This document shows, in pieces, positions 17,745-26,879 of a DNA stretch of 47,459 nt. A program made the position numbers and the translations under genes. The stretch is from a virus, in the IMG/VR virus record IMGVR_UViG_3300045988_079530, positions 1-47,459 of that record, one strand, 5' to 3'. The notes under the pieces were generated by a model, which worked only from the letters and a program-made list of their open reading frames with translations, did not search any database and was not told where the DNA came from. Positions within the stretch are counted from its first letter, which is position 1. The number at the start of each line of letters is the position of its first letter.

Positions 17745-18056
17745 TTAGTCCTCCTTATTTGGTATTAGATCCTTAATGTATGCCCATTTAACAAATCCGC
17801 ATCTTTTTATCAAGGATCTCCATCGCAATATATTTATAAAATAAACGATCTCTGTGCTACCATCAGATCTAATTGCAAGGATAGCTGATGATTCTTTTGG
17901 TATATCCTTAGAATCATGCCATACTGAATTTATTCGCCAGTCTGCACCAGCAATAAATCCCAATCTGTAAGAACCGCGAAAGCCTCTTAAATCGCCGTTT
18001 TCTACATATTTTTCCGTGCTTCTTTCCGCTGCATTTTCTATATCTTTATTTGTCAT
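17745..18056 (-). CDS. Hypothetical protein (103 aa)
   Basis: ORF with a 4-nt overlap to the upstream gene. Confidence 0.55.
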   Translation of the reverse strand: MTNKDIENAAERSTEKYVENGDLRGFRGSYRLGFIAGADWRINSVWHDSKDIPKESSAILAIRSDGSTEIVYFINILRWRSLIKRCGFVKWAYIKDLIPNKED

Positions 18057-18832
18057 ATCTTTTCCTCCCAGTTGTCAGTTTTTCCAATAAGAAGAGCTGT
18101 CTTTTCGTTATACGGAAGACATTCAGCCCATAAGCCACCTATACATTGATAATCTTTTCCTCTAATGTGCGAGAAGAAATCTGCATACCATTCTAATTTA
18201 CTATTTCTACAAACGACCTTATCGAAGGTTTTAAAGTTATATTTCGGACCTAGATCTATATTGAAGTATTTTTTTAACAAGGTTATAGCTTCTTTATTTG
18301 TACTATCCTTTTTTAGCCCATCTACTAATACTTTCACTTCTTCATCAGTAGATCTTCTAACCCATGTTGCGCTATAAGAAGAAGAAGAATATTGTACACA
18401 GCCGGATGATCCGTTGCTGCTTTTTAAAACTATTTCTGCAATATTATCAACCTCAAAATTTGAACCGTTAAATGCTATAGAATTCATAATTCCGCACCAT
18501 ACGCAATAAATTCCATTGCTGGCTTCAAATCCGCAAGTTATAATATCTCCCGGCTTAAATGTAAGATATTCCGGAACCTCTATAAATAGATCTACGCTGG
18601 TTTCCACTCCGTCAAAGTTAGTATATCCTTTCGAATTGTATACATAAGGATTTTCGTTTCTATTTCCTTTAACCAAAGCAACAATAGGATATTTATCTAC
18701 TGGAATTTTATCGAAACAAATTATTCTCACTCCTATTCCAGTTCTTGTAACGATTCTACCTTCCATATCTCCAGCCATTATTTTTTTTGCCAGTTCTATA
18801 TCAAATAAGCATTTTTTCATTTTAGTTTCCAT
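18053..18832 (-). CDS. Hypothetical protein (259 aa)
   Basis: Long ORF with no motif recognised. Confidence 0.6.
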   Translation of the reverse strand: METKMKKCLFDIELAKKIMAGDMEGRIVTRTGIGVRIICFDKIPVDKYPIVALVKGNRNENPYVYNSKGYTNFDGVETSVDLFIEVPEYLTFKPGDIITCGFEASNGIYCVWCGIMNSIAFNGSNFEVDNIAEIVLKSSNGSSGCVQYSSSSYSATWVRRSTDEEVKVLVDGLKKDSTNKEAITLLKKYFNIDLGPKYNFKTFDKVVCRNSKLEWYADFFSHIRGKDYQCIGGLWAECLPYNEKTALLIGKTDNWEEKI

Positions 18833-18833
18833 A

Positions 18834-19070
18834 TTACTTTTTTAATTGATTAATATTTTCGTAAAGCTGATTAATAGCAAAATCAAGTCCTGCAATAACT
18901 CCATTAGTGTAACCGGTAGTCATACCGTGGTCTATAATGACTTTATCTATTTCTCTTTTCTTTGCTTCAAGCAATTCTATATGCTTTTTTAGCGCATCAA
19001 TGTATGCTTGATTTAAAGTCTTATCAAGGGGTTGTGGTGTACCTTGTGTGTTTAACATGTCGTTGCTCAT
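18834..19070 (-). CDS. Hypothetical protein (78 aa)
   Basis: ORF. Its start overlaps the previous ORF by 47 nt. Confidence 0.45.
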   Translation of the reverse strand: MSNDMLNTQGTPQPLDKTLNQAYIDALKKHIELLEAKKREIDKVIIDHGMTTGYTNGVIAGLDFAINQLYENINQLKK

Positions 19071-19245
19071 AGTCCAAATTTTTTTCTAATTTTTTCGCTA
19101 CTATGTTAGCTACTACGTTCATGAAAAAATCGTTGTCGTTCTCTGATTTTATATTTTCCGGATCTGTATATTTCCGGGCTATATCTAACAACTCCTTTAA
19201 CATTGTGTTGTTTTCCCTTAAAAGCCTTTTTTCTTCTTCATCCAT
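19024..19245 (-). CDS. Hypothetical protein (~73 aa)
   Basis: The likely start is MDEEEKRLL at 19245, preceded by AGGAGGT. Confidence 0.45.
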   Translation of the reverse strand: MDEEEKRLLRENNTMLKELLDIARKYTDPENIKSENDNDFFMNVVANIVAKKLEKNLDYEQRHVKHTRYTTTP

Positions 19246-19774
19246 TGTTCTGCACCTCCTTTCGTTTATATCTCCAAACAAATCCTTTATAACTCTTTCC
19301 TTTACCTCTACATACTGCACAAATATTTGTTGCTGTTATATTTAATTCCCTTGCTGCTGAATGAATACTTTGATGTATTTTTATAACAACTCCATTTTTT
19401 ACTTGTTCTATTTGTATTTCATGATGTGCTTTAGCTTTTCTATTTTTAAATTTATTTTTTGTAATAGGGTTGTTTTGGTTTTCTTTGTTAGTTACCCATC
19501 TTAAATTCTCCACCCTATTATCTGAACGGTTTCCATTAATATGGTCTATACACGGTTTTCTTTCCGGGTTAGGTATAAATGCTTGAGCAACCAATCTATG
19601 AACTCTATACATCTTACCGATACCGTTTTTCCACAAACTTATAATCCTGTACCCTTTTAAATTAGCGTTTCTTTTTATTTTTCCTCCGTTCTTTATATTT
19701 ATTACATTTCCTTTATCGCTAACCATATAAAGTCCTTCATAGCCCTCAATATCTTTCCATATTTCTTTTTCCAT
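19238..19774 (-). CDS. HNH homing endonuclease (NUMOD4 + HNH_3)
   Basis: EIWKDIEGYEGLYMVSDKGNV (NUMOD4) and HRLVAQAFIPN...IDHINGNRSDNRVENLRWVT (HNH). Confidence 0.85.
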   Translation of the reverse strand: MEKEIWKDIEGYEGLYMVSDKGNVINIKNGGKIKRNANLKGYRIISLWKNGIGKMYRVHRLVAQAFIPNPERKPCIDHINGNRSDNRVENLRWVTNKENQNNPITKNKFKNRKAKAHHEIQIEQVKNGVVIKIHQSIHSAARELNITATNICAVCRGKGKSYKGFVWRYKRKEVQNNG

Positions 19775-20207
19775 ATTCTTCTATAAGTTCTTTTATAATA
19801 TGTTTATTACTATCATATATTCTCATCTTATGTCTTTTTGTATTATCCTCCCACATGTTATGATGTTCAAAACAAAGAATATTAATATTGCGAGGATCAT
19901 GTGCCATTTCCGGGTGTGCGCCCCTTGTTAAAATGTGGCTACAGTACACGGCAGAAAAATTTCTTAACGGTTTCAAACATTCTTCGCAGTAGTGGGGTTT
20001 GTGTTCCCATACCCAATGGAAAAACCTGTCGTTTGCTGCCATTATATCGTTGCCTCTGCCTGTTATACAATGCCCGAATAACCTTTTCTGTATCTGCTCT
20101 CTTAGCTTAATATCCAAAACAAAGTATTTATTAGGAAGTAGGGGCTCGTACCCCCTACTTACTACTAAATTGTATTCAGATATATCTTCCAGTATAATTT
20201 TATCCAT
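19746..20207 (-). CDS. HNH-type nuclease-domain protein (putative)
   Basis: CEEC...CSHILTRGAHPEMAHDPRNINILCFEHHNMWE. The likely start is MDKIILEDI at 20207. Confidence 0.5.
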   Translation of the reverse strand: MDKIILEDISEYNLVVSRGYEPLLPNKYFVLDIKLREQIQKRLFGHCITGRGNDIMAANDRFFHWVWEHKPHYCEECLKPLRNFSAVYCSHILTRGAHPEMAHDPRNINILCFEHHNMWEDNTKRHKMRIYDSNKHIIKELIEEYGKRNMERY

Positions 20208-20847
20208 TGTCGGAATCTTCAAACATATCTCCAGTCTGATCATTACCGGAATTATCCTTTTCTTTATCTCCGTTAAATTCCTTAACTCCGTAAGGCTCGC
20301 CATGTTCATCGAATAACTCTAGATGGGCTTTCTTGTTCTCAAAGAGGAAAGCATAAACTTCCAATTCAATTTCTCCGATTATTTTTTCCATATCTTCTTC
20401 GAAGCCGTATCTTTCTTCTTTGAATTTTACTCTATGGCTGTTTATTGCCATTTTTTGATTGCTATCAGCCGTAAAGACAGCAGTTATAACTACTCCTACA
20501 TTTTCATCCTTTCCGGACAGAGATATTCCTGTAACACTTAATTTGTTCAGAACCTCTTCAAAGGCTTTTTCTGCCTGTTTTTTCTGAGCAGACGTAGCTT
20601 TAAATTCCGGTGTCTCCAGCAAGGATCTGAAGAAGGACAAATGATAGATTCTAGCCATAATAGGACTTAATTTTTTAAATAAGTTCCTAAGATCCGGATG
20701 AATGTCTTTAGTTGAGGAAATGTGATAATCTTCTTTGTAGATCTCAGCTCCGCATGCTTCCTCTACTACAAAATGAACGTCCAATCCTCCACCGGGGATC
20801 ATTTTTACTTTGCTTAAAGCAAATGCATCTTTACTAGGTTTTTTCAT
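20200..20847 (-). CDS. Hypothetical protein with an acidic C-terminal tail
   Basis: 215 aa, ending DNSGNDQTGDMFEDSDNG. Confidence 0.55.
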   Translation of the reverse strand: MKKPSKDAFALSKVKMIPGGGLDVHFVVEEACGAEIYKEDYHISSTKDIHPDLRNLFKKLSPIMARIYHLSFFRSLLETPEFKATSAQKKQAEKAFEEVLNKLSVTGISLSGKDENVGVVITAVFTADSNQKMAINSHRVKFKEERYGFEEDMEKIIGEIELEVYAFLFENKKAHLELFDEHGEPYGVKEFNGDKEKDNSGNDQTGDMFEDSDNG

Positions 20848-20858
20848 TTTCTTATTAT

Positions 20859-21008
20859 TTAATCGTTATTAATATCCGGGAAAAATCCCGTGTCTAAGTT
20901 ACTAATATTAAATAAATCTTTCTCTTTTACTTCTACTTTTTTTCCGTTGGATATGTAAAACAATATCCAGCCTTTTTCGCCATTAATAATAGTTTCTTCT
21001 GCTTTCAT
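20859..21008 (-). CDS. Possible small ORF (49 aa)
   Basis: MKAEETIINGEKGWILFYISNGKKVEVKEKDLFNISNLDTGFFPDINND fills an otherwise empty 160-bp gap. Confidence 0.3.
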   Translation of the reverse strand: MKAEETIINGEKGWILFYISNGKKVEVKEKDLFNISNLDTGFFPDINND

Positions 21009-21009
21009 T

Positions 21010-21441
21010 TTAAATAGTATTAGGATCTTCTATATATATTCCAAACTCTTCTGCACCTATTTGTTTTAGATGATCTATATATTCAATCATTTCCGAGTTA
21101 TCAAGTTCCTGTATAGTCTTAATTTTAGAAAAATACTTTCCGGAATTAATATCTACATTTTCCTCGTGCATTACAGGGGACATTCTTCTCAGATATTCTT
21201 CTGTTTTTTCCTTTGTCATTCTATCCCCGGATTCCCATAACGCACGTTGAAATGCCGGGACTACACAATTATAATAGTAACCTTTCAATGCTTCGGAAGT
21301 TCCCGGCTCATAGACTTTAAATGTAGCTATTATACGAGAATTTTTCCATTTCTTAGTAAACTCGTTTAGCTCCTGCATATACATGGAAAGTCTACCATCA
21401 TTATTAATTCTTCCAGCTATTTCAAACTCATGCTGTTTCAT
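21010..21441 (-). CDS. Hypothetical protein (143 aa)
   Basis: ORF with GGAAGGAGGTG upstream of the ATG. Confidence 0.6.
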   Translation of the reverse strand: MKQHEFEIAGRINNDGRLSMYMQELNEFTKKWKNSRIIATFKVYEPGTSEALKGYYYNCVVPAFQRALWESGDRMTKEKTEEYLRRMSPVMHEENVDINSGKYFSKIKTIQELDNSEMIEYIDHLKQIGAEEFGIYIEDPNTI

Positions 21442-21444
21442 TTC

Positions 21445-21930
21445 TTACACCTCCTTCCGTTTGTATTCCACATGTGGATGATTTCTTTTATAGTTAGGAT
21501 CCTCCTTTCTCTTTTCAATCTTATCTACAGCCTGTAAAAACAAATTCCGGGTATTAGTATTAAGTAAGCCGGAGACATGTGTAATAACTGCTAGAACGTC
21601 ACTCATTTCGTCTTTAACAGCTTCTATACCATTAAGGCCGGATTCATATTCCAAAATAGCCTGTATTAGCTCTTTTGATTCTTCCTCCAATTTTTTCAGT
21701 CTCTTACTCAAGTCTGTACCAAATGAATTGCTAAACATTTCAACATAAGACTTATTACGATCAGATTCGAAATGCGCCCCCTTCTTATATCCTTCTACAA
21801 AAGAATCTCTACAAACTCTTATTACTTCTGCATTGCATTTTCTTTCCTTTCTGAGAATGCAGAAGCTACATCTTTGACTTCTTCCGCTTGCCAATTTAGC
21901 AGCCTTAGTTAAACCATTCAATCTTACCAT
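21445..21930 (-). CDS. MazG-like nucleotide pyrophosphohydrolase domain protein with a Cys-containing N-terminal extension (putative)
   Basis: LKKLEEESKELIQAILE...AVKDEMSDVLAVI resembles the MazG ExxE...ExxD helices. The N-terminus carries CSFC...C...C. Confidence 0.45.
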   Translation of the reverse strand: MVRLNGLTKAAKLASGRSQRCSFCILRKERKCNAEVIRVCRDSFVEGYKKGAHFESDRNKSYVEMFSNSFGTDLSKRLKKLEEESKELIQAILEYESGLNGIEAVKDEMSDVLAVITHVSGLLNTNTRNLFLQAVDKIEKRKEDPNYKRNHPHVEYKRKEV

Positions 21931-21931
21931 A

Positions 21932-22102
21932 TCATCTATTAATTTTATAAACTTCTGTATGATACTTGGATTTCATTATATCACTAAGATATTCTTTAGC
22001 CTCTTCGCTTTCTGCCTTTTCAATCAGATCATTAATACTGAACCATTGAGACCAGTCTACATTTCTTGCTTGCTGTATCAGCTTTCTATCTAGATCAGAC
22101 AT
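21932..22102 (-). CDS. Possible small ORF (56 aa)
   Basis: MSDLDRKLIQQARNVDWSQWFSINDLIEKAESEEAKEYLSDIMKSKYHTEVYKINR. Its stop lies 1 nt upstream of the next gene's ATG. Confidence 0.35.
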   Translation of the reverse strand: MSDLDRKLIQQARNVDWSQWFSINDLIEKAESEEAKEYLSDIMKSKYHTEVYKINR

Positions 22103-22137
22103 ATTTTTAAGATTTACGGGAGATTAACTCCCGTTAT

Positions 22138-23604
22138 TTAAACTTCGTTATACTTCTCTACTCTCAGTTCGTTTTGCTCTCTTACCACCTGCTCGATAAA
22201 TCCTTGATAGCCATTTTTCCGAGCTATATCTATCAATGATTCCAGCTTTTTCTTTCCTAAACTTTCTCCGCGTGCAATCCGGAATACTTTAACCGTTGGA
22301 TTTTTAGCTATTATAAGTTTAGCTGCTACCTCCATTATTTGGCTATCAGAGACCTTTCCAGCTACAAATGGAACTCCATTAAGTTCTAGGCCATCATCTG
22401 TAAAATTAAGGCCGGATATAGGCAATTTTGCAGATGTTATCAGATTATACCTTTCTGCGGCTAGATCTGCTAATTTCTTTTCATGTTCAGAGACCTTTTT
22501 AACTGCATCATCTTTATTTTTCTTAGCGGACAAATATTCAGATACCCTTCTGTTCATTTCATTGTGATTTTGAACTTTCTCTATTTCTAGACTTATATCT
22601 TCGGGCTTAATATTATTATATTTTTCCAGCCATATTTTGCATTTTTCAAATTTCTCTAAAGCGTCCTTTTCGTCAGCTTCGATTTTTTGTTTTTCTTCTT
22701 CATATTGTTTATCCAGCTCTTCATCTGTCTTTATTTTAGTCAGAGCCATATTGTAGGATGCATCTATTTCTTCAAGAGCTTTCTTATATGCTTTTTTAAG
22801 TTCCTCTATGTCTCTTTCTCTTTTCTCCTTTTCCTTTGCAAGCAGGTCTTTCTGATCTCTTTTCAATTCGTCATAACGATCCTTTAGATCAGATAATAAT
22901 TTGGGGGTATCATTTATAATCTTTTCCCGGCTAGCCATTTTTTCCTTCGCCTCTTTTGCTTTATTCTCCAGCATTAAATATTTCTTTTGACGTTCCATCA
23001 ATTCTTGCATATCAATAGGCTTAGAATACTTTTCTACGTCTTCCGGGCTTATTCCTTTTTGTGTTTTTTCTAGTATGGCAGTATAGGTTTTCAGAGTTGC
23101 ATTGTCCTCTTTTCTTTCTTCCTTAACCGATACAACTTCCGCATCTATTTCAGCTATTCTTTTTTGGGTTTCTTCCGACAACAATGATTTAACGATCTGC
23201 ACCTGCTTCCGTCTACCTTCCGCTGTCTCGCTCCAGCTTACAAACTCATTAGCGTCAAAGTCTTGATAACCGAACAAATTTTGCAAGGCAGTTATACGAT
23301 CAGACTTCATTCCTGTATCTAGGCTTTTTATAGTTATAGTTCCTCTAGGGTTAGCTTTGGTCATTCTCAGCTCTACTTCATACTCTTTTCCATCGCCACC
23401 TACTACTACTCGGGCAAAGCCTTTTTCTTCTCCAATTCTTAATACTTCATCTCTATTACCAGTCAAAAGTACCATGATAGCTTTTAGCAGTGTACTTTTA
23501 CCAAGTTCATTTTCCCCGGTAATAAGATATACATTTCCTTCAAAGTCTCCGTCAAACTCCTTAATCGTTTGGAAGTTTCTTAATGTAAGTTGCTTTATAT
23601 ACAT
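22138..23604 (-). CDS. SMC/SbcC/Rad50-like AAA ATPase
   Basis: Walker A ITGENELGKSTLLKAI, a long K/E coiled-coil middle, and a C-terminal globular part. Confidence 0.7.
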   Translation of the reverse strand: MYIKQLTLRNFQTIKEFDGDFEGNVYLITGENELGKSTLLKAIMVLLTGNRDEVLRIGEEKGFARVVVGGDGKEYEVELRMTKANPRGTITIKSLDTGMKSDRITALQNLFGYQDFDANEFVSWSETAEGRRKQVQIVKSLLSEETQKRIAEIDAEVVSVKEERKEDNATLKTYTAILEKTQKGISPEDVEKYSKPIDMQELMERQKKYLMLENKAKEAKEKMASREKIINDTPKLLSDLKDRYDELKRDQKDLLAKEKEKRERDIEELKKAYKKALEEIDASYNMALTKIKTDEELDKQYEEEKQKIEADEKDALEKFEKCKIWLEKYNNIKPEDISLEIEKVQNHNEMNRRVSEYLSAKKNKDDAVKKVSEHEKKLADLAAERYNLITSAKLPISGLNFTDDGLELNGVPFVAGKVSDSQIMEVAAKLIIAKNPTVKVFRIARGESLGKKKLESLIDIARKNGYQGFIEQVVREQNELRVEKYNEV

Positions 23605-23620
23605 ATAATTTATGTTTAAA

Positions 23621-23838
23621 GTTCTAGGTATCTGCCTAGTCAGTTTAGGGGTTATTCCCTTTTGATGTCACAAAAGTAAATCATTTTTTAAAATAACAAA
23701 AATTATTTTATACTTTTTTCTTGATCATCTATTAAAAAAATAATTTAATCAGAATTTTCGTTTTAAGCTACTTTCTGTTCTAGGATATATATTTTATCAT
23801 CGATAAAAATAAATCGCTTAAACAGGCTTATTTTAGCT
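23621..23838. repeat. ~220-bp non-coding repeat, copy A (homologous to 31679-31900; its promoter-proximal ~60 bp also match 30625-30682)
   Basis: Hand alignment shows shared blocks: ttctaggtatctgcctagtcagttt, gatgtcacaaa, aataattt(t)aatc(a)gaattttcgttttaagc, ggatatata, cttattttagct. Confidence 0.85.
23671..23700 (-). promoter_or_regulatory. Early promoter A (TTTG-N18-TACTTTTG)
   Basis: Read on the minus strand. It is followed by the conserved leader and the ATPase gene. Confidence 0.6.
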
Positions 23839-23841
23839 ATT

Positions 23842-24396
23842 TCAGAACACAAGTTTTTCTTTAACATCGGAAGGCAGATTTTTATCTATATATTCCGGAT
23901 CATTCTGTTGCTTTAACCTTCCAAAGTGCATTAGCAAAATTGCGTCTGCATTCCATAGGGTTACTTTAACCCCGGGGTAATAATATTCCGCTGCATTTTT
24001 ATATCTGTTCTTTCTATCCTTCTTTGATTCGTTTCTCTTTCTTAATTTTAGACTAGCCTGCCATGACAAAGGATGAACCAGCACATACGGAATACCTTCT
24101 ACTTCTATAGCATCTTTTAATCGCTGGAAGGAAGACAACAACTGCTGAATACGAAAAACCTTCCCGTGGTTATCCACATCATCAGATCTAAGCTGAACTT
24201 TTTCTAGGAAAATTAATGGGCTTTCTGATATTTCCTTGATATATTTAAAATATTCTCTTAAATCCATTACATCTTTAGGCATTTTTATCGTTTGCACATT
24301 CATATTTGGCCTCCATACAGCCACCCCTCCATTACTTCCGGGATCTATTCCTATTATGCAGTCAAATTTCATATTATTTAATTTTATAATTTTCAA
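23842..24396 (-). CDS. RuvC-like Holliday junction resolvase
   Basis: CIIGIDPGSNGGVAVW, FLEKV, and WNADAILL (the catalytic D/E/D pattern). Confidence 0.7.
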   Translation of the reverse strand: MKIIKLNNMKFDCIIGIDPGSNGGVAVWRPNMNVQTIKMPKDVMDLREYFKYIKEISESPLIFLEKVQLRSDDVDNHGKVFRIQQLLSSFQRLKDAIEVEGIPYVLVHPLSWQASLKLRKRNESKKDRKNRYKNAAEYYYPGVKVTLWNADAILLMHFGRLKQQNDPEYIDKNLPSDVKEKLVF

Positions 24397-24413
24397 AATT
24401 AGTTAGTTAATTA

Positions 24414-24986
24414 TCAATATTTTCCGCAAACCACGTCATAGATCAATTTACAGATATAAATATCGTATAAAGCATTATGCAGCTTTGCATCATCTACTTC
24501 TACCCCTAGAGCTTTAGCAACGGTACCCTGTTTGAAGTTCTCCATCTGCGGCCTTATGTCAGCCAAATAAGGAGTAGCTAGCACCATCACGTCAAAACAA
24601 TTAGACCAAAAGTAAGATCCAAAATATTTGCTACCGTTTTGCAGAAAGAATCCCCGGAAAAAGTCATTATCGAAATGGGCATTATTATATCCGACCAAAT
24701 AGAATTTATCATTCTTATTGTATCTATCGATATATTTATCCAGCAATGGGATCAATTTATTACGATATACTAATTCCATAGGTGGGTACGACATAATCTG
24801 TTCTTCTGTAACCCCTCCTACTTCCAATGCCTGTTTTTCGATAATTGCCTTCGGGTTAGGCTTAACTTTAAAATCAAATTCCTCTTTTATTTCTCCATCA
24901 ATTACTACCATCCCGGAGATCTGATGTATACCATTCTTTCCGGGATTTACACCTGTAGTCTCTAAGTCATAAAAAAATAATTTCAT
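24414..24986 (-). CDS. DnaQ-like DEDDh 3'-5' exonuclease
   Basis: ExoI FYDLETTG, ExoII GYNNAHFDNDF, ExoIII HNALYDIY. Confidence 0.85.
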   Translation of the reverse strand: MKLFFYDLETTGVNPGKNGIHQISGMVVIDGEIKEEFDFKVKPNPKAIIEKQALEVGGVTEEQIMSYPPMELVYRNKLIPLLDKYIDRYNKNDKFYLVGYNNAHFDNDFFRGFFLQNGSKYFGSYFWSNCFDVMVLATPYLADIRPQMENFKQGTVAKALGVEVDDAKLHNALYDIYICKLIYDVVCGKY

Positions 24987-24992
24987 AGCTTT

Positions 24993-25880
24993 TCAGTTTT
25001 TAATCAATAAATCTATTATTTGAATTTCGTCTTTAATCATCTTATCGAAGGAAGCCAAAATAGATTTCCTTCTAGCAATAAACATAGCTTCATCATTAAC
25101 GTAAGAATGTCTCGTTTGCATAGCCCTTATACATTCTGTGACAAAGGTATTAATAACTCCGCTCTGAGCCTTTTTAAGAAGTCTTTTAACGGCCTCTTCT
25201 CTTTCTACATCAGTAACATTAATCTCTGTCTCATATCCTAGATCCTTTATCTTTTCGTAAAAAATGAAATCGTTTACATCATTCCAAATCACGATACCTG
25301 TATATTTATATCTCAAGAACTCCATTATGAATTTGTCTTCTGAAAAACCCAAGAAGTAATTTTTATTCTCCTGTGATATTTCAGTTTTCTTAGGAGCATT
25401 ATTATACAGATCGTATTCCATATCAGCGCGTCTTTTAAGATAAGCATTCAAAATTTTACCGATATAAGACACACTAAAAGACTGGTAGTGATTATTATCC
25501 GCAAACCCGTTTTTGTCTTTCGGCAGATAATCATTTAAATGCCCGGTTGCGGATAGTTCGAATGCCAGCTTAATATCGTACAACGAAAGATTTGAATAAT
25601 AATTTTTCAGAATCTCAGAAAATCTAGTAGCAGTATATGCATCTATGCTTTTTATCCCCAAGTCCTTAATTATTATCTCTGTTACATTGGCTATCTTCGA
25701 ATATAGTTCCTCTTCCGGAATTTCTGCAATAGTCCTCTTGGTAGATGCAATAAAAATTTCTTTGTCTATAGAACTTAGCTCAGATATATTATTAGAATCC
25801 TCTGCTAGCTTTCTTCTTACTTCTACAGATTTATTCAATTTTTGGACAGATACTCCCTTATATTTTTCGATCAATCCCAT
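24993..25880 (-). CDS. Hypothetical replication-module protein (295 aa)
   Basis: ORF overlapping the initiator stop by 10 nt. It has no NTPase motif. Confidence 0.55.
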   Translation of the reverse strand: MGLIEKYKGVSVQKLNKSVEVRRKLAEDSNNISELSSIDKEIFIASTKRTIAEIPEEELYSKIANVTEIIIKDLGIKSIDAYTATRFSEILKNYYSNLSLYDIKLAFELSATGHLNDYLPKDKNGFADNNHYQSFSVSYIGKILNAYLKRRADMEYDLYNNAPKKTEISQENKNYFLGFSEDKFIMEFLRYKYTGIVIWNDVNDFIFYEKIKDLGYETEINVTDVEREEAVKRLLKKAQSGVINTFVTECIRAMQTRHSYVNDEAMFIARRKSILASFDKMIKDEIQIIDLLIKN

Positions 25881-26782
25881 AACTTTGAATTTTTATCTAA
25901 ATATCTAATTTCGTTTTCTTTTACTCGCTCTATTTCCTTAGTTTCCATCTTAATACTATTAGACCTTAACCATTCTTGATATTTCCTCGGAGTATCAGAA
26001 TAAATAATTCCCTGCCATCCGTTCATTATTGAACTATCCAATAGATCCATAACAAATTTAAGCTCATATTCTTGCAATTTCTTTAGCTGCATCTGAATAG
26101 CGTGTATGGTCTTTGTTCTCCATTTAGGCATACAGCATAAGACAAAGAATCTTTTCTTGAACTCAGCATCATCGAACGGGAAAACTACCTTAGACAGCAG
26201 TGTATCTATTTTCTTAAATACCTTCGGATCTACATCTATAGACTTAGCTGTTATTCCCAATGTAGAAGAAATGAACTTTTCTTCTACTTCTTTTTCTAAT
26301 AGATTATTTCTATTATTATTATTTATATTATTATTCCCCCAACTTTCGTTTAGGGGTACCCCCAAACTTTCGTTTAGGGGGGGTACAACTTTTGTTGGGG
26401 GGGTGTAACTTTCGTTTAAGGGCATTGCTGTATATACATCAGAAGACGGCATAAAAGAAAGAAGGTCATAATTACTCCCAAAGCTATATAGTGTCTTAGA
26501 ATATTTGTCACATTCCGGATGCTTCTTAATTATCCCAGCTTTAATCAGATTATCTATGCGCTTTGTAAGACCTTGAGATGTCTTAATTTTAAGCAGCGGC
26601 ATAGATTCCATAATTAATTTATGGCTGATCCAAAAGAATATACCTTGCGGTGTTTGCACCTTCATACAATTAGAGCTATTCGCAAAGTCTTTGATGAAAT
26701 CGAAAATTGCTAAATCTATAATATCTAGATCTAAGCCAGCTCTTACAGCTGCATATTGGTTAATTAAAATCGTATATTTCAT
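25871..26782 (-). CDS. Replication initiator / replisome-organiser-like protein (putative)
   Basis: The likely start is MKYTILINQ at 26782. It has an N-terminal winged-helix-like region and a central repeat PLNESYT/PPLNESLGV/PLNESWG encoded by DNA iterons, followed by an Asn-rich linker. Confidence 0.5.
   Translation of the reverse strand: MKYTILINQYAAVRAGLDLDIIDLAIFDFIKDFANSSNCMKVQTPQGIFFWISHKLIMESMPLLKIKTSQGLTKRIDNLIKAGIIKKHPECDKYSKTLYSFGSNYDLLSFMPSSDVYTAMPLNESYTPPTKVVPPLNESLGVPLNESWGNNNINNNNRNNLLEKEVEEKFISSTLGITAKSIDVDPKVFKKIDTLLSKVVFPFDDAEFKKRFFVLCCMPKWRTKTIHAIQMQLKKLQEYELKFVMDLLDSSIMNGWQGIIYSDTPRKYQEWLRSNSIKMETKEIERVKENEIRYLDKNSKLWD
26341..26422. repeat. Four iteron-like direct repeats (candidate replication origin inside the initiator gene)
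   Basis: AACTTTCGTTTAGGGG at 26341 and 26365, AACTTTTGTTGGGGGG at 26387, and AACTTTCGTTTAAGGG at 26407. Spacings are 24, 22 and 20 bp. An adjacent A+T-only run lies at ~26296-26335. Confidence 0.65.
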
Positions 26783-26828
26783 AATAAAAAAAGCCCGGAG
26801 CAAGGCTACCACACACTTGCAACGGGCT
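26783..26828 (-). terminator. Terminator-like hairpin abutting the initiator start codon
   Basis: AGCCCG..GCAAG/CTTGC..CGGGCT gives 11 bp with a 2x2 internal loop, then UUUUUUUAUU followed immediately by AUG at 26782. Confidence 0.55.
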
Positions 26829-26879
26829 TGGGCTAATATTAGCAATTTCTTTAAAATAGGTGGTAGTCTATTTCTGACA

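Noticed and set aside
22116-22134. Perfect or near-perfect hairpins at 22116-22134, 31119-31134, 31384-31401 and 39365-39389 as terminators.
   Set aside because: None is followed by a U-tract on the transcribed (minus) strand. They may be RNA stability or processing elements, but I do not call them terminators.
26341-26422. The direct repeats might be a CRISPR array or a satellite.
   Set aside because: There are only four copies of a 16-mer at 20-24-bp spacing, with no unique spacers. They are in frame within a long ORF and adjacent to an A/T tract, which fits iterons rather than CRISPR.
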